NCBI GenBank assembly: GCA_044892525.1
Contig: CM097887.1
Location: 87,398,397-87,462,396 of the forward strand
Length of the DNA stretch: 64,000 nucleotides
Origin: Schmidtea polychroa
Lineage: Eukaryota
Reading direction: 5' to 3'
Shown here: positions 39,540 through 54,500 of the stretch, in pieces
Layout: each line of letters starts with the position of its first letter
Position numbering within the stretch: position 1 is the first letter of the stretch
Translations under genes and position numbers: made by a program
The notes under the pieces: model-generated
The model's input: only the letters and a program-made list of their open reading frames with translations
What the model was told of the DNA's origin: nothing
Databases searched by the model: none

Positions 39540-40290
39540 AATTTACTAAATTTTAAATTATCACCTTAATATCCCAATGGCCATCGATTCTTCTAAACAT
39601 TAAACTAAATTTTAAATTACCACCTTAATGTCTCAGTGTCATTCAAAATATCTTGCCAAATGTTAAATCTATTACTTATTTACAATTATTAATTATTTTT
39701 TAAATATTTCCCTGATTGACCCTAATTTACTTAATTTTAAAATATAACCTCCATTTTTCAAATGTCATCGATTCATCAAACCATATTTTATTTGTCTTTT
39801 TCATTCGACCTATATTTAATTTAAATTTATTTTAATTTAATGACCTCAACATAATTCAAAATTATCACCTTAATGTCTAAATATTAATTTGCCCAAATTA
39901 AATTTAAACTTATTACTGCAATTTCACGTGCCCATCGATTTTTCTAAACTTACTATAACTTACCATGAATTCATATACAAAAAACCTATATAATTTAAAA
40001 TACTTTGACTTTTTTAGTGACCATCGGATTTTGTATACAAAAATTTTGAGACCCACTGACTTTAGTATGAATTTGAAAAAATACGCTATGGTCCACTGAA
40101 GCATAGGCTTTTTTTGCGAGGCTGCGATTTCGTGTCTAAGGGTTTTTTAACAAGGCTGGGATTTTGTGTACAAAAATTATTGAGACTGAAAAGACCCTTG
40201 ATTATATGTGAATTTGAAAAATACCCTGTGGCCTACTGCATCCCAGGCTTTTTAGTGAGGGTCGGAGTTCGTGTACAAAAAATCCTAGGA
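39540..40290. repeat. Two degenerate tandem arrays (AAATTATCACCTTAAT units 39540-39890; ~105-133-nt units 40026-40290)
   Basis: GGATTTTGT(A/G)TACAAAAATT...TGAGAC...GAATTTGAAAAA recurs at 40026 and 40159, with a partial copy at 40264. Confidence 0.65.
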
Positions 40291-41201
40291 CCATAACTTC
40301 CACTTGACTATAGTCTGAAAAATGTGAGCGCCAATAAAAGGGTTCCATATAAAGTTTACATTTATCCAATAGCTTCTTAATTTCACCTTGATTATGATTA
40401 GTTATATATTTTATTCTGGCAAGTATAATTAATTTCTTATTAAACTTCAATAATTTTTATTGCTTTTGAGCATTTTGGTGGATTTTGTTCGCCAAATTAT
40501 TTTTTTTGGTTTTCATAGATATTAATTATTTATTCTATTTTTCGGTGTTTTATATAATTCAATGATTTCTGGTAATATTTATTTACTTCTATATTATTTT
40601 CTTGTTCCCCTAAGTCATTTTTATTCGGTGTTTTCGTACATTAAAATATAAATTGTTGAAGTATGTAAATATTGTGGGAGGATAAAAAAAATTTAAGAAT
40701 CATATTAGTTCTATCCAAATAAAATTAAAATTCGAAGAATAATATTTAAATTGTGAATAATGTCTGAAATTTAATAAAACGATTTTGATTATTTTATTTT
40801 TACGTGTCACATTTTTTCATTATAGATTTTAATTCGGTTGAATTAACCGATAAGCACCATGAAGTAAAAAATTAGACTCAATAATTACATTTATTATTTT
40901 ATATAGAAAAGTTTTATTTGTGAATTCTAACAAACTTAAAGTAATTTGATTTATTTTGTTATCACATTTTTGATAAAAAAGACAGTATATTTGTAATTAA
41001 AATAAAATAAATGTACTTAATATTTTTTCAATTTATATAAACTGACAATATATATTTTTATTAAATTTAATTTTTGCATAATATTAGATTGCTAGCCATT
41101 TTTTAGCAAATTGTTTAAATCTTCAATAATTTCTTTAAGCTCATTGATTCATTTGAAATATTGAAATTTGTTGTACGCATTTAAGATCCTAATTTTTTAC
41201 T

Positions 41202-42391
41202 ATGTCAGATGGTATTATTGTTGAAATCCTAGGTAGTCAAAACGAACGCTATCCTGTTAGTTTCATTATTTCACAATTTATGATACTTTTTTATGATACT
41301 AATATTAATAAGAGGTCTTAATTGTAATTATTTAAATTTTTATTTAGGCAAAAATACAAGCCTTTTCAGGGGATACTGATGTCATTGTTCGATTTGATGA
41401 TTGCCCTGAAATTCTCTCAAAGGTTCATTTAAGTGTTGTGTATTTGGTTACGGAAACCAATAAAAATTGTGATTTCAATCTTGGGTCTGAGGTTTTAGCT
41501 TATCAGAAAATTGATGATTCCACTGCAAACATGACCATGTTCAAAGATGTTAAACTTACTCATGCTTGGTGGCCTGCCAAAATAGGGAAACTGAAAGGGT
41601 GCTTTGCAGCTATAACATTTAAATCAAAAGAAAATGAAAATTTTAATGATATTGTTGAATTAAGTTCACTAAGGCCACTTCCTTCTACTCGTCCAATTTC
41701 GCGAAACGATGTATTTATCCATGAAATGGTTGTTCCTGATGATTTATGTGATTAGTAAGTTAAATTTATAAAATATACAAAATGGTATCTCATCCATAGT
41801 TGTGAACACTATGATATCAGAAACGATTTAAATCGCTGGTGTGGTCCAACAATAGTAGTTAATTTTGACAAAATTAACAAACGCTTGCAAATTTATTCCA
41901 CTCAACAAGAAGTCGTTCGTAAAGCATCATTGCTTGATGCTTCTTTTATGCGCGTGCTACGACAAAAAAAGCTTATTCACATGCAGAAAGATGAGTTAAC
42001 AAAACGATTAAATGATACAATTAAAAATCAATATGTAAGTTATTTAATAATATTCCAAATTTAATTTAAAATTATGGTTTTAATTTTCAACTTTACGTGT
42101 AATAATGTAATTTTTTATTTTTAGATTATTTTAATATTTTATTTTTTATTAATAATATTAATATTAAAAATTTAATATTGAAATTTGTTGTACGCATTTA
42201 AGATCCTTTTATTGTTTATAAAATAATTACTGACTGCCCTAAATATTATAATTCATTTATGCATTTTTATTTATTGCAAATGGATTTGTAACTGGTTTAT
42301 TTAAAGGACATAATTTTGAAATTCAAATAATTATTTCGATAAGAGAATGGATTATCATATACCGGCAGCTCGATGAAATTATCGAATAATT

Positions 42392-42481
<90 letters not shown>

Positions 42482-45400
42482 TTTGATCTATTAATCGATT
42501 CAACGAATTGTGAAAATCAATTAAAAAATAAAACGATTAGAAAACTATTTAGTGATTGATAATTGTAGTCTGATTTAATGATGCCCGGTTATCGGAGCAT
42601 CATTCTCACCTTTATACTAATTTAACACCAAAAACTAAATATTTCAATATGTGAATTTATTCGAATAACTAGCACTATTGACTGCGTATTATAAGTTCTA
42701 TCAAATCTAGCATATTTTTCAAATTTGAAATTGCTATCAAGAACCTCATTGTCGTAATCTAGTTTTGTTTTTCTATATATGCTTCTTATGTTGGAATTTT
42801 CTTTGGCTTACCCAAATACTTCGTTTCTGTAAAACTATTGGTTATTCCAATATAATATCTTTGGTCTAAGAATACTTGTTGAAGTAGAGAAATATGACTT
42901 GTGAGGATGATTTTTAATTTCGTAATTGAAGTTTTTGTGGCATAATTTATTGGGTAAATGTTTAAAAATTAATTTAATGTCAATAAATAACTAAATAAAA
43001 AATTTAATTTATACCTTGTTATTGAATATTTCCTGGTCTTACAACGTTAAAAAGTAAAATCCAAAAAGAAGAATTTATTTTTAAAGTTTTTGATTTGTTA
43101 GAACCTTGAAATAATTCCTATAATAGAGATCAATTAAGACAATGAATACCGATTTTCAAAGTTTCCATATCCTTTCAATTTCAAAACCCTGTATTTTTAA
43201 AATAGTACATAAATTAATTTTGCTAAGTAATTTTAAATCTATCTCTTTTTCTAATTTCGAATTTATTAATAATCAATCAAATTTTATGTGTATAGACGGT
43301 TTAATATTAAATTAACCTTCGAAACCTGTAATATTTTCATTCAAATAGGTTAAATGTTTGAATTTCTAAATTTGGGTACAATGCTTATTTCTGTCATTAA
43401 GACATGGACAAAAATCTTTAAGTTATTAAGCTTGTAAAATAAAAAAAATCCTTTAGAAATTGAATATGAAAATTTATTTATGACATAGTATCACAAATAC
43501 AATTTAAAAATTATTGTATTCTGTATTAGTACTTAAATTTCATTGCTCGTGGCGCCTATATATATAATTTAAATAACTACGTAGTAGTCTTGTAAACATT
43601 CTCACTTTAAGTACTTCACCGAGGCCCTACGGATAAGCGAAAGAATTAGGCACCTAGTAAAATGAAAATGATTATAGGGTGTTCAGTGACGAAAGGGTTA
43701 AAGGGAAAATATTGACGCCAGCAGCAAAAGGATTAAGTTTATAAAAACTACTTATTTATTTTATTTAGATATTACATATATTTTATACTATTTTGGATTA
43801 TATGTTGTCCACCTAATAAAATTAATATCGATTTTGTTTTTATTAGTTCGATGCTTCTATCTATCTCAAATTCCCTTGTTTTTATCACATAACTTTCCAA
43901 TCTCACTATAATTAATAATTTCAGCGGATTCATTGCCCCACTCAGAAAATTGAAATATATATATATCTTCACTTTACATAATAACTACAATACGTTGAAC
44001 TATCGAAATACGAGATTTTAATATTCATTTACTAACTACGTATAACAGGGCTGACCAACTCGACCCGCGAGTACATTTTACTATGAATAAATTTGTGTTA
44101 CTAAATTATTATTATAAATATTAAAATTTTCTTTTTTTCTACAGATCAAAGTAAAGTTGTCCGATTCTAAATAAAAAATTTTTCATCCATAATATTTTAA
44201 TATATTAAAAATAATGATATGTTAACAATATGTTAATTACTTTTAACTTTCGGAATAAGAAACGCGATAAAAAATTTACATGTATTTTATATTATGTGTG
44301 CTGTGTTTTATTTATTCAATTTTATAAATGGTTTTAAAGTAAGTTTTAAATTTAAGTATTAATTTTGATTATAAATTATTTTTTATTAATTTTCAGGTTT
44401 TTTAGGATTTTTATGACATGAGTGCTTCCAATAAAAGAAAAATAGACCTCGAAAATCGAGAATTTTAAGATCGATGGAAGATCGATTATTTATTTATTCT
44501 GAACACAGTGTTTGAAATGTTTAAAAATCATAGCTGTGTGTAAAGAATATAACTTGAAGCGCCATTATCTTTCCATAGATGAAAATAAGTATCATTCGTA
44601 CACACGTGACATGAAAAAACCACTAGTGAAAAAAATAAAAAAAGCAGCTGGATCGAATTATTTCTAATTATTATTATAATCAAGAACCAAAATTTCAAGA
44701 AGCATCTGTAGCTGCATCGTTTGAAGTTTGTTTAGAAATAGTAAAAGCGAAGAAGCTATTTTTGGATGGAGAATTAATTAAAAAATGTGCCATAAAAATA
44801 CCACAAGCATTTAATGACAACGAAATGGTAAGAAAATTTCTCACCAGACTGTAAGCCGACGCGTAAACTAGATTAGCATGCATGTCACTAATAAATTAGA
44901 AAACCTAATCAATAGTTGCTGCTATTTTTCGGTAGCAATGGATGAAAGCAGACATTTCCGATACAAGTCAAATGCTTATCTTTATAAAAACTGTAAATGA
45001 ACTATAATTATTCAGAAGAACTTTTAAAATTACAATCATTACACGGAACAACAAAAGGTGAAGATATAAATATAATCTATCTCCTATCGATCTTGAAATT
45101 CTCGATTTTCGAGGTCTGTTTTTCTTTTATTAGTAGCACTCATACTCAATTTTATTTAATAAATAAATGAAATTAAGTTAATAATATTATAACACAGTCA
45201 CTCCTCAACAAATTCTAGGTAAACAACAACCAACCACAGATATAATATGTAGCACCAACATTGAGCCATCATCAGACGTTAAACGGATTGCTGCCTGATT
45301 CAGCCAGGTTAAGTGAAGTTACGCGAACTAAATAGAACCTACTTAAAATTTAAATTAGATTTAAATTTTCATATAGTAAAATAATTTTAATATTAATAAT

Positions 45401-48400
45401 AATTTATTAACATAAATTTATTCATAGTAATATGTACTCGCTGGCCGTAAAAATAATTTGCTTCAACAATTTTATCGCGGTCTCGTAATGTTTTCATATT
45501 TCGTTTAAAATGTTTTTTTAAATATCTCTTGAAATCCTTACTATGTTTGTATACTTTGGTTTCTAATGTATGATAACAACAATCGAATTTGTAAAGCTTA
45601 CATTCATTATTGAAATAATCTTCTAAATGTCTAATATCTTTGCAATATTTTGAATTATGTGATAAAAATTAATTTATCCTTTGTTATTTCATGCTCCAAT
45701 ACGCATATACACTTTATTGAAAAATATTTGTTTTTCATTTTGATAAGGATCAGATGTTTTATTATATTCAACACAAATTTTTGTCAAGTATTATATAACA
45801 ATAATTGACTAGACAATTTTTTAGAATATTAACAGTATAGAATTTTTCAAACGTTTAAATGTTCTAATTTCATACGATACTTTCTTTTTAATTTAAATGT
45901 GTGAGAAAAATTTCAACCTTAACCGCTATGACGGATATATTAATATATTGCATTAATATAATTTTTCATACTGTCAATAAATCACAAAATTTTCTTATAC
46001 TTTTATTAAAAATACATTACAACTTATTACATAATAAATAAGCTTTGTACATAATCGAAACCTCAATCACATTTATGTGGAATATCAACAATAATTCAAT
46101 TCGACTTTATTCTTCGATGTTTTGAATACGCTTTAGGCTTTATAATAAATTTTTCCAAATCTAATTTTTGCTTTTTTGTACTCCAGACAGCTTTTGTCAG
46201 TGATTTTAAAGATCTTTGTCTGCCAAGAACTAAAATAAATAATTATTGGGAATTAACGCTTTTAATGCCATTTTCCGAAATTCCTCTTTATCCTTTTATG
46301 ATAATGGCACTCGAATATTCAATTATTTTTTATATTGAACTTCCTAAATAGTTATTACCGATCTTCTGTATTTTTAAGGATAATTTTCTTCGCTATTTTT
46401 TTCGTCGTTTTTACCCAGCTGTTCCTTATTTCTAATCCACTGTTCAAATTCCAAATTTAATAATTTTTTGCTTTTTATATCTGCACATTTCTTGCAAATT
46501 ACAGCACTTAACTAAGCCCTGTTAAATATTTCAGATTCTAATTTTAATTGCTATTCATAACTTCATAAATATGTATACTTGTAATTTATTGTTAGAAGAC
46601 ATCAAAATACGTTTTCTTCATTCAATTATAATCTTGTTCCTTCCACTCGATTAATTAAACATTAGATTAGACATTTATTATGCTTTGCTTTTCACGTGTG
46701 ATAAAATGAAGTCTACCACTTATAAATTCAATAACCTCATAATTTTTAAAAATTATTGAAAAATTCAAAATATTGAACGTTATTTTGTTGTTTTTATTTC
46801 GTATTTAATAACTATATAAAGTATTTATAAAAATGTGATATTCAACATATTATACGTTGACGACCACATATTTCTCACTGGCAAAGGCAAACAGTCTGTA
46901 ATAGCTATCATACCAGTATTAGTAAACTTATTAATTAATTTATTGGCATTTTAAACTTACAAATAATTTGAAACAGATAGAAGAATTTACAGTGTCAGAA
47001 GAGTTGATGGGGTTGTCGATAGGATCTCAAGGAAGCAATATAAAAAAGGCCAGAGAATTAGAAGGCATTATCAACATTGATCTTGACGATCACACTCACA
47101 CATTTACTATTTCAGCACAGGTAACCTGTGTAGAGTAATAACAATTCTTTCAACAATTACTATTTATATAGACACAAGAAGCTGCAAAAGCAGCTCGTGC
47201 TCAACTTGAATACATGAAAAAGATATTTTACGTACCAATGGATATTGTGTCAAAGGTAATCGGGCGCAGTGGTAATCAGATCCAAGACATTATCGATCAA
47301 TCCGGTGTGATGCGAGTTCGAGTAGTGGAAGGTCCAGATTTAAGCAATTGGAAGGATGAAGATAATAAGCATTTACTGACGGATCATGTACCGTTCATAT
47401 TTGTTGGAAGCAGTAACAGCATCCGGGATGCTTGCCTTTTGCTCGAGTTCAGTATAGATCACCATAGAGAAATGGATAGATTGCAAAAAGAACGTGATGA
47501 AATTCATCGGGAAATTCGAAATAATAAAGTTACTTCAAATACTAATTTCAAANNNNNNNNNNNNNNNNNNNNNNNNNNNNNNNNNNNNNNNNNNNNNNNN
47601 NNNNNNNNNNNNNNNNNNNNNNNNNNNNNNNNNNNNNNNNNNNNNNNNNNNNNNNNNNNNNNNNNNNNNNNNNNNNNNNNNNNNNNNNNNNNNNNNNNNN
47701 NNNNNNNNNNNNNNNNNNNNNNNNNNNNNNNNNNNNNNNNNNNNNNNNNNNNNNNNNNNNNNNNNNNNNNNNNNNNNNNNNNNNNNNNNNNNNNNNNNNN
47801 NNAATTAGTGTGCGATTAATAAATACCAAATGTTTATTTTTACTGCTTATGGAATTGAATGACTAAATGCCATATGAATATTACCAAATTTTTTTTATTA
47901 GAAATCTATTGAATCATTTTATGAATCATAAACTTATGTTATTATACTAAATTATGTAACGTTTAATGGTTTCTTGGAATTTTCACCTTTACTTTGCAAT
48001 CAATGCCATAAAAATTTTATCGATTTTGTAATTTTGGCCTAGAAAAATAATAATAGGACATATTACATAATTTTTACATAAATTTATAGTTTTAATCTGA
48101 AAATCGACTTCTCAGTCGAATGATGCATAATTTATTCCATTCAACAAAGTATTTATTTTATAACTGTTAACATTCAATATAATAAATGTTAAATATTTAT
48201 ATCAATATATTACAAAAAAGTAAATTGGCGTATTTTTGGATTTTGTCTTAATAACATTGATTTTAATCAATTGCAACATTTTAATCATAAAATTATATAA
48301 AAATCGATTTTTCATTTCGTATGATGTATAATTTTTCAAGTAATTGCTCTTTATTAATTACCAGTTCTAAATTAGAGAAAAGTTACTTAGGATTTTTTTT

Positions 48401-51400
48401 ATTTATTCACAATTACAAATTTATCGACAGAATTAAATTGTTACATAAAAACTTTAGGAAAAATCATGTTTTCAATGCTAATGCTACAGAAAATCAATCG
48501 ACTTGCCTTATGATGCATAAATTATATAAACAAATATTAATATAATCAATCAAAAGTTGAAGACCAGAAACTAATCAAAACGTATATTGATTGGTTAAAA
48601 GTAAGACTTAGAACTGCTAAGATAGAATTTGCTAATAATATTATCGAAAAACTACGAAAGTATAAAATAAATCGGGAATTGAAATATTATAAAATGTATC
48701 CAAAATACATTGAAACAAAGATGAGTTTGATTCCGAAATTCCTAATTTGCTCACAACATGTAATGAAATGCCAACAAAAACCACAAATAGCCAGAATACA
48801 ACATTGGGAAATAACTTTGTAATCACATATTATTGTTTGAAGCAATTAGACAGATATATTATTCGATATAGAAAAATTGATTTTTTACAAAACATCGAAA
48901 TAAAAACGTCATATTGATTAAAATTAAAATTTTCCACATAATTTGGAATTAGGTCTATTAATTTTAGTTAATTATTGATTATGAATTTTTGTTATATCAA
49001 TATTTTTAGCCACAGTGCCAGTGAAAAAGAGGAAGATCATTTTATCCCTCCAAACAACAGACCGTACAATCCTCGTGGACGAAATCGCGGAAGGGGAATG
49101 TATAAAAATGTCTCCAATTCAGACGTAGAGCGTAATGAAAACTATGCAGATGAGCCAAATTACAGATCCAATCCCCGTAATGGCTCATACAGAAGGGGGA
49201 TCAGCAACTTTAATCGGCAAGGCTCCCTTCCACCAACCTCAATCAATGGTCAACATAACGGTTCGATTTTTCTTTTCTATAATTCTACAATTAAATATCC
49301 AAATAAGATTCAATGCTATAAATCTTATGGGGCCCTTTTTAATTTTTTTAAACAAAAAGGTTCATATGTTTCCTGCTGTTATATAGTTAAAATAATAGTT
49401 TAATTTCGAAAATAATATTACGTTTATTAATATATAAAAGATATAAACATGAAGTACAATTCATAAATAAAAAACGTTAATTTAGAAACATTTTCTTCTC
49501 GATTTTTTCTCTGCAAAATCTGCAAACAGCAACTTCAGAAAGGTATCATATTAAATATCATATGTAATATAATTAAATACTTCTTTACTTATATTACATA
49601 AATGTAATAATCGGCAAATAATTAAAAGATGTAATAAGTTTTTATAGTAATTATACAAAATTTTGGACCCAGCCAGTTGGGCCCTAGGCTTCAGCCAAAG
49701 GGTAAATCCAGGCCTGTATATACTGGATGCTAATAAAGTAAAATTAGAAAGAAATCTAAATCTATTTTTACTATAGACAATTAAAAATATAAACTTTCAA
49801 TTAATATCTTATATTAGTTTCGAAGTTCTTTCGTATTTCTTTTTTGTAAATAAACAGAGCACATATTCACAGCATTATTGCAATAACAATCAATAAATTC
49901 TAAACGATAATCATCTATGTACAATATTGTCGCATATAATGTTGTCAAATTCCCAGTTACCTGGAATCAAATCAAACCCTGGTTATTCTAGTTAGTACAA
50001 ATGTATATTTTTTATTATCAAGGCTGATCAAAACTTTATTTTGAACGCTAATTGTTTAGAAAATCTTAAATAATAAATTCTTAATAATTATTTGTTTATT
50101 TTGGTTAAATTAATGTTAAAACAAAATTTGCTAAATCAATAAATGTCATTGATTTTCCAAAGAAATAGTGAATATTTTAGCTAAAATTTATAAGATAGGA
50201 TATTTTAAGTGTTGAAATAAGTTATAGTTATGATCTATTAAAAACAATCCGAATATTCAGTGGAATGACGAGAAAGGGGNNNNNNNNNNNNNNNNNNNNN
50301 NNNNNNNNNNNNNNNNNNNNNNNNNNNNNNNNNNNNNNNNNNNNNNNNNNNNNNNNNNNNNNNNNNNNNNNNNNNNNNNNNNNNNNNNNNNNNNNNNNNN
50401 NNNNNNNNNNNNNNNNNNNNNNNNNNGGTTCTATATACTGCTTTGTAACCCACAAGAATGCTATCTCAATATTGTCCCTTTCATATAGATTTTTTAAAAA
50501 TATAATATCATTCCCAGTACGCGATTCATCACCATAAATATCATATCTTTCATTTTACTATATTGCGTGAAAAATTAAAATTCCAAGAAAATTCTAATTA
50601 AGTTTAAAATCTATTAATTTTCATTATTAACTGAACTAATTGCCAACCAAAATGAATACAAAAGATATAATTGAATTCGATTGTACTAAATATAAATTTC
50701 ATTCATTGAGCTAATGACAAGCTACGATGATATGATCCCGTAAGTGTTAGAAGAAACTAGTTGAAACATCCACGTAAAACACCAACGAAGTATTTAGACT
50801 AACAAATAAACGCTAATTATTATTTTTTTTAAAATAAATTAAATGTCATAACAACAACTTCGGAACACATTTTTCAATAGGGTACAAGATACCGATCAAT
50901 AAAAAGGTTAATAATTGGACGTGCACGTTTGAAATATCTGAATTAGCCAACTTACCAGATCTCTATTTGATTTTTTTCGTAATTTAAAATAAATTAAAAT
51001 TTTATATTTCATATTTTCAATGAATTTGGTCCAAATTAGTATTTCTTTAAAAACAAAAAATTTTCCATTGGTAACGGTAATAATTTAGAATATAATATTA
51101 GGGTATTTGCTCGGTCTATTAAGTTTATTATACTTCATAGCGGTAAACACAATGAACACGTAATTAATTTGCGTCAAATCGAAATTGACATGGATACTAT
51201 ATAAGCATTTATTACTAATTCATATAGGCGGAGCAAGAAGATTTCAACAGGATAATGATGATACAGATGAATATACATCAGCAACCAATGATTCAGAAAA
51301 TGGACGTTCAAACAATCGAAATGGATCTGCCAATCAAAAATTCCGGGGCAACAACAAAACCCGAGGGAGAGGTCGCCCTAATTACCCACTCTACAACGCT

Positions 51401-51502
51401 AAAGGACCGAAGAATTCTGGTGGTGATGCAATTCAATCAATCAACAATCAAAAAGATGACATAGAAGTTCATCACAACACAGAAAATTCTGATAAGTGTT
51501 AG
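41202..51502 (+). CDS. FMR1: Fragile X RNA-binding protein family orthologue (FMR1/FXR)
   Basis: Exons 41202-41255, 41348-41754, 41800-42034, 46977-47120, 47172 to gap at 47553, 49010-49260, 51228-51502; all observable phases are compatible. Agenet domains (IVEILGS..., WWPAKI), KH1 EELMGLSIGSQGSNIKKAR, KH2 VSKVIGRSGNQIQDIIDQSGV, and an RG-rich tail. The gap 47553-47802 hides an exon end. Confidence 0.93.
42395..42477. repeat. (TA)n microsatellite, ~41 units, in FMR1 intron 3
   Basis: Perfect TA run seen directly. Confidence 0.99.
43312..43700. mobile_element. Possible piggyBac-like MITE
   Basis: Right end GTGACGAAAGGGTTAA; left end TTAACCTTCGAAAC is only a partial match. A similar right end, GGTGCGAAAGGGTTAA, occurs at ~52411-52426. 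Confidence 0.35.
44046..45490 (+). mobile_element. Decayed Buster/Charlie-type hAT inside FMR1 intron 3
   Basis: Terminus CAGGGCTGACCAACTCGACCCGCGAGTACAT, with inverted ATGTACTCGC at ~45431. Coding remnant MSASNKRKIDLENREF*DRWKIDY, KEYNLKRHY, DGELIKKC. Confidence 0.8.
47553..47802. other. Assembly gap (others: 19229-19381, 26767-27060, 35185-35342, 50280-50426)
   Basis: N runs; this one interrupts an FMR1 coding exon. Confidence 1.
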
Positions 51503-54500
51503 GATTGTGCTCATTTTGTTTGTATCGATTTTTTCACTTGTATGTATGCTGAAACATTTCCTGTTCCCTTATGGTATATAATATTCAATTAGTTTAAATT
51601 CTGTTGTTACTAGCATAACCGGAGGCTCTCTTACTCTCTCTATTGACTAGATTTGCTGAAGCTTTCTTATTTGTTTCATAATGATAATAATATACAAAGT
51701 ATTGAGTTATATAATATGCTTGATTAGAGATAAAAATAAAATGATGAATACAAGTTTGCCATTACATGTTATACATTATATTATATCCAGATACTTTATA
51801 CTATATGATAATGATGATGTTGGACGTGTTCAGTGTTTTCTGTTGTGTTTTATTTTTCTGGAGATTGAAGGTGACTTGATGTGGTTAGTGATAATAATAG
51901 CATCTGCTAGCTACTTGATTGGAAACTGAATATATAAAATATAAATAATATTCTGTTAATTTGTTTTTATAAATCATTTTCCCTTGTCGTAATGTGATTT
52001 AATTTAATTTTTATAGAATCGAAAAGTATCATTTTATAAATACATTGCTTGTTAAAAGGTGACAATTTAAATTCGATTCCGACTATTTGTCAATTTTTGG
52101 TTAAGTTTTTAAATTTAGACTAGTTACAAGTACTCATTTTTCGAATTTAATATATTGCTGTCCATATACAGTATTTTTAAGTTTTGTGAGGTTTTAAGTA
52201 GTTTCGCCCCTATTCGGACAATACGTCCCAGAAACTTTCATCATGATCATACTGGGATATTTTTGAATGGTCCATAAAAGCCTATTGGGACTTATTATCC
52301 CAGGACTTTCTAGGATATTCAGAAGCGCCACGATTACAAAAATGAGAATATTTCATATTTAGGTCAATATTAAACAATATATAAATTTAGCAGTGTCATT
52401 AGCTGAAAGTCGGTGCGAAAGGGTTAAATAATTTTCAAGTGACGCTATTGATGGATTCGTTTTCTTAATTAATAACCAAATAGATCACATTTTACAAATT
52501 GATAGATTATGTCCATGATTTCAGTCATTAATGAATTTGATGTAACAATAAGTATGATGAAAATGTTAATGCTGGCACAAAAATTTAAGCTTTGTGACGA
52601 TCGAAATAGGAACAAATATGGAGAAGAAATCGTAAGATGTTTAACACGAATAGTTTGTTAACATGATCTAGTTAGTGGGTTAGCACAAAATGAAGTACAC
52701 TAATTATCGCCCATTTCAAAGCAACGCTGGAACTGTGACAATAGGTAACTGTTAACAAAAGGTTGATTCCACTTTCGATAATGCTATGACATGCTGACTA
52801 CCATTAGAAGTTATGTATGTGACTTAAATTTTCTATCAATATTTTTTAAGATATAATTTTTAAAAATATTATATTCTCTAATGAAAACATAAATATCATT
52901 TGGTACAACAACTATTAAAAATTTATTATAATTGGAAAGTAATTTCGGTACTCACTCCAATTGTAATCGCCGATTCATTATTCACTGATCATTTGAAATA
53001 ATTTTCAAACATACAAAATTAAATTGACTAAAAAATTGTCACGAATTAAAATAATAATTGTAGTCTGTGCGAATCCTCATAACTTAGTCCGTTCAAGGTC
53101 AAAAACATGTGTAGTTCTTTGAGCTATCAAGTTGGGATCTGCTTCATTTCGCACATCACAAAAGAATTGATGAACTACATCTAGAAGCTTTCATAATCAA
53201 TCAATTTAAGGTCTCTTTAGCACTAGTTTTACAAGCTTCATTCCTGCCTGACAACTGTTGAAGTCTATTGACAACAACTCATTTCCCTGCCTATTGACAT
53301 TCTAGCCATTTATCTTCACCATTAGACTGATTATATAAGTGTTGGGTTTTATGATACCAAAAATCAACCGTTGGTTACTCTTACTCCACGTGTTCCAAAA
53401 ATTAATAAACACAACTCACAACGTATATTTGTTTTATAGAAAATTTACAATTCTCAATAAATAACTACACTATTAGTTAACCACAATTTCCGATCAAACT
53501 CCGCTCTGGAAGGTCTCAACCTTGTACGATTTAAAAATAAATTTCACCTTTTTATTTGATTCCGCTCTCTGATCCGAACTCTTTTAGTACTCCTTTTCTC
53601 ACTCTTCAATTTCTCTTATAATTCTTTTTCTTTTATTTTATTCCTCGAACTCCTATTGTTTGTTTCTTCCATACCTAAGGCTACCGCCGATTATGTGAAT
53701 TTGGAGTTTCCTTATATACTCCCATAATCTTTGTAATTGCCCCATTTTCGACCTAATTGGTTTTGACTTCTCTAGTTATCATTCTCTAATTAGCTCTTTC
53801 TGTTGACCCTCTTCGTAATTCCCTTTCTTTTGTTTACCCTAGTTTATCCAGCTGTTAGGATAACTTCCCTCTGAATTCCTCGTTTGTTTATCCTTCCAAA
53901 TTGCCGTGCTCGGAATTTCTTCATCGCTCGGCCTTCCCATTAGTTCGGGATTCCCATTAGCCTATTAATTAATATTTTGCGTTTTTTCATATTTGCCTGT
54001 TTTACGCCCCTTTCTAAACATTTTCTAACAATTTCTTGTTCACTGTCTTCTTCACCATCCTCTAATCTACCCCTCTCCTATTTTCAAGCTTCAATTTCGA
54101 TAAATTTTCACTTTATTCCACTTCATCCAGTTTGCGCATTTTCCCATTTCGTGTCTGATTGTATCATTTTATAGTTCTGTTTTTATCATATCTTTCTTTG
54201 CCATTGCTTCTCTGTTTGACCGCCATTCAATTTCGGTTTTCCTTTGAATCTGAACTATATAATTTAAAAATTTACTTTTAAAACCTCAACATAAGCATTT
54301 CTTTATTTTCAATGAATTTGGTCCGACCACGATTCATGTATTCAATAGGATGAGATTAATTATATATTCCTTCTCACATTCAAATATTACATACGAGTCT
54401 AAGCATTAATAATTTGATTTCGCATTTCATATTAATTATAGGTTTCAATAATCGTAATTCTCTGATTAGCAATATTTTAAAATTTGAAATGTATTCTCAC

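Noticed and set aside
42297-42503. ORF with poly-(YI) tract
   Set aside because: It is the translation of the (TA)n microsatellite.
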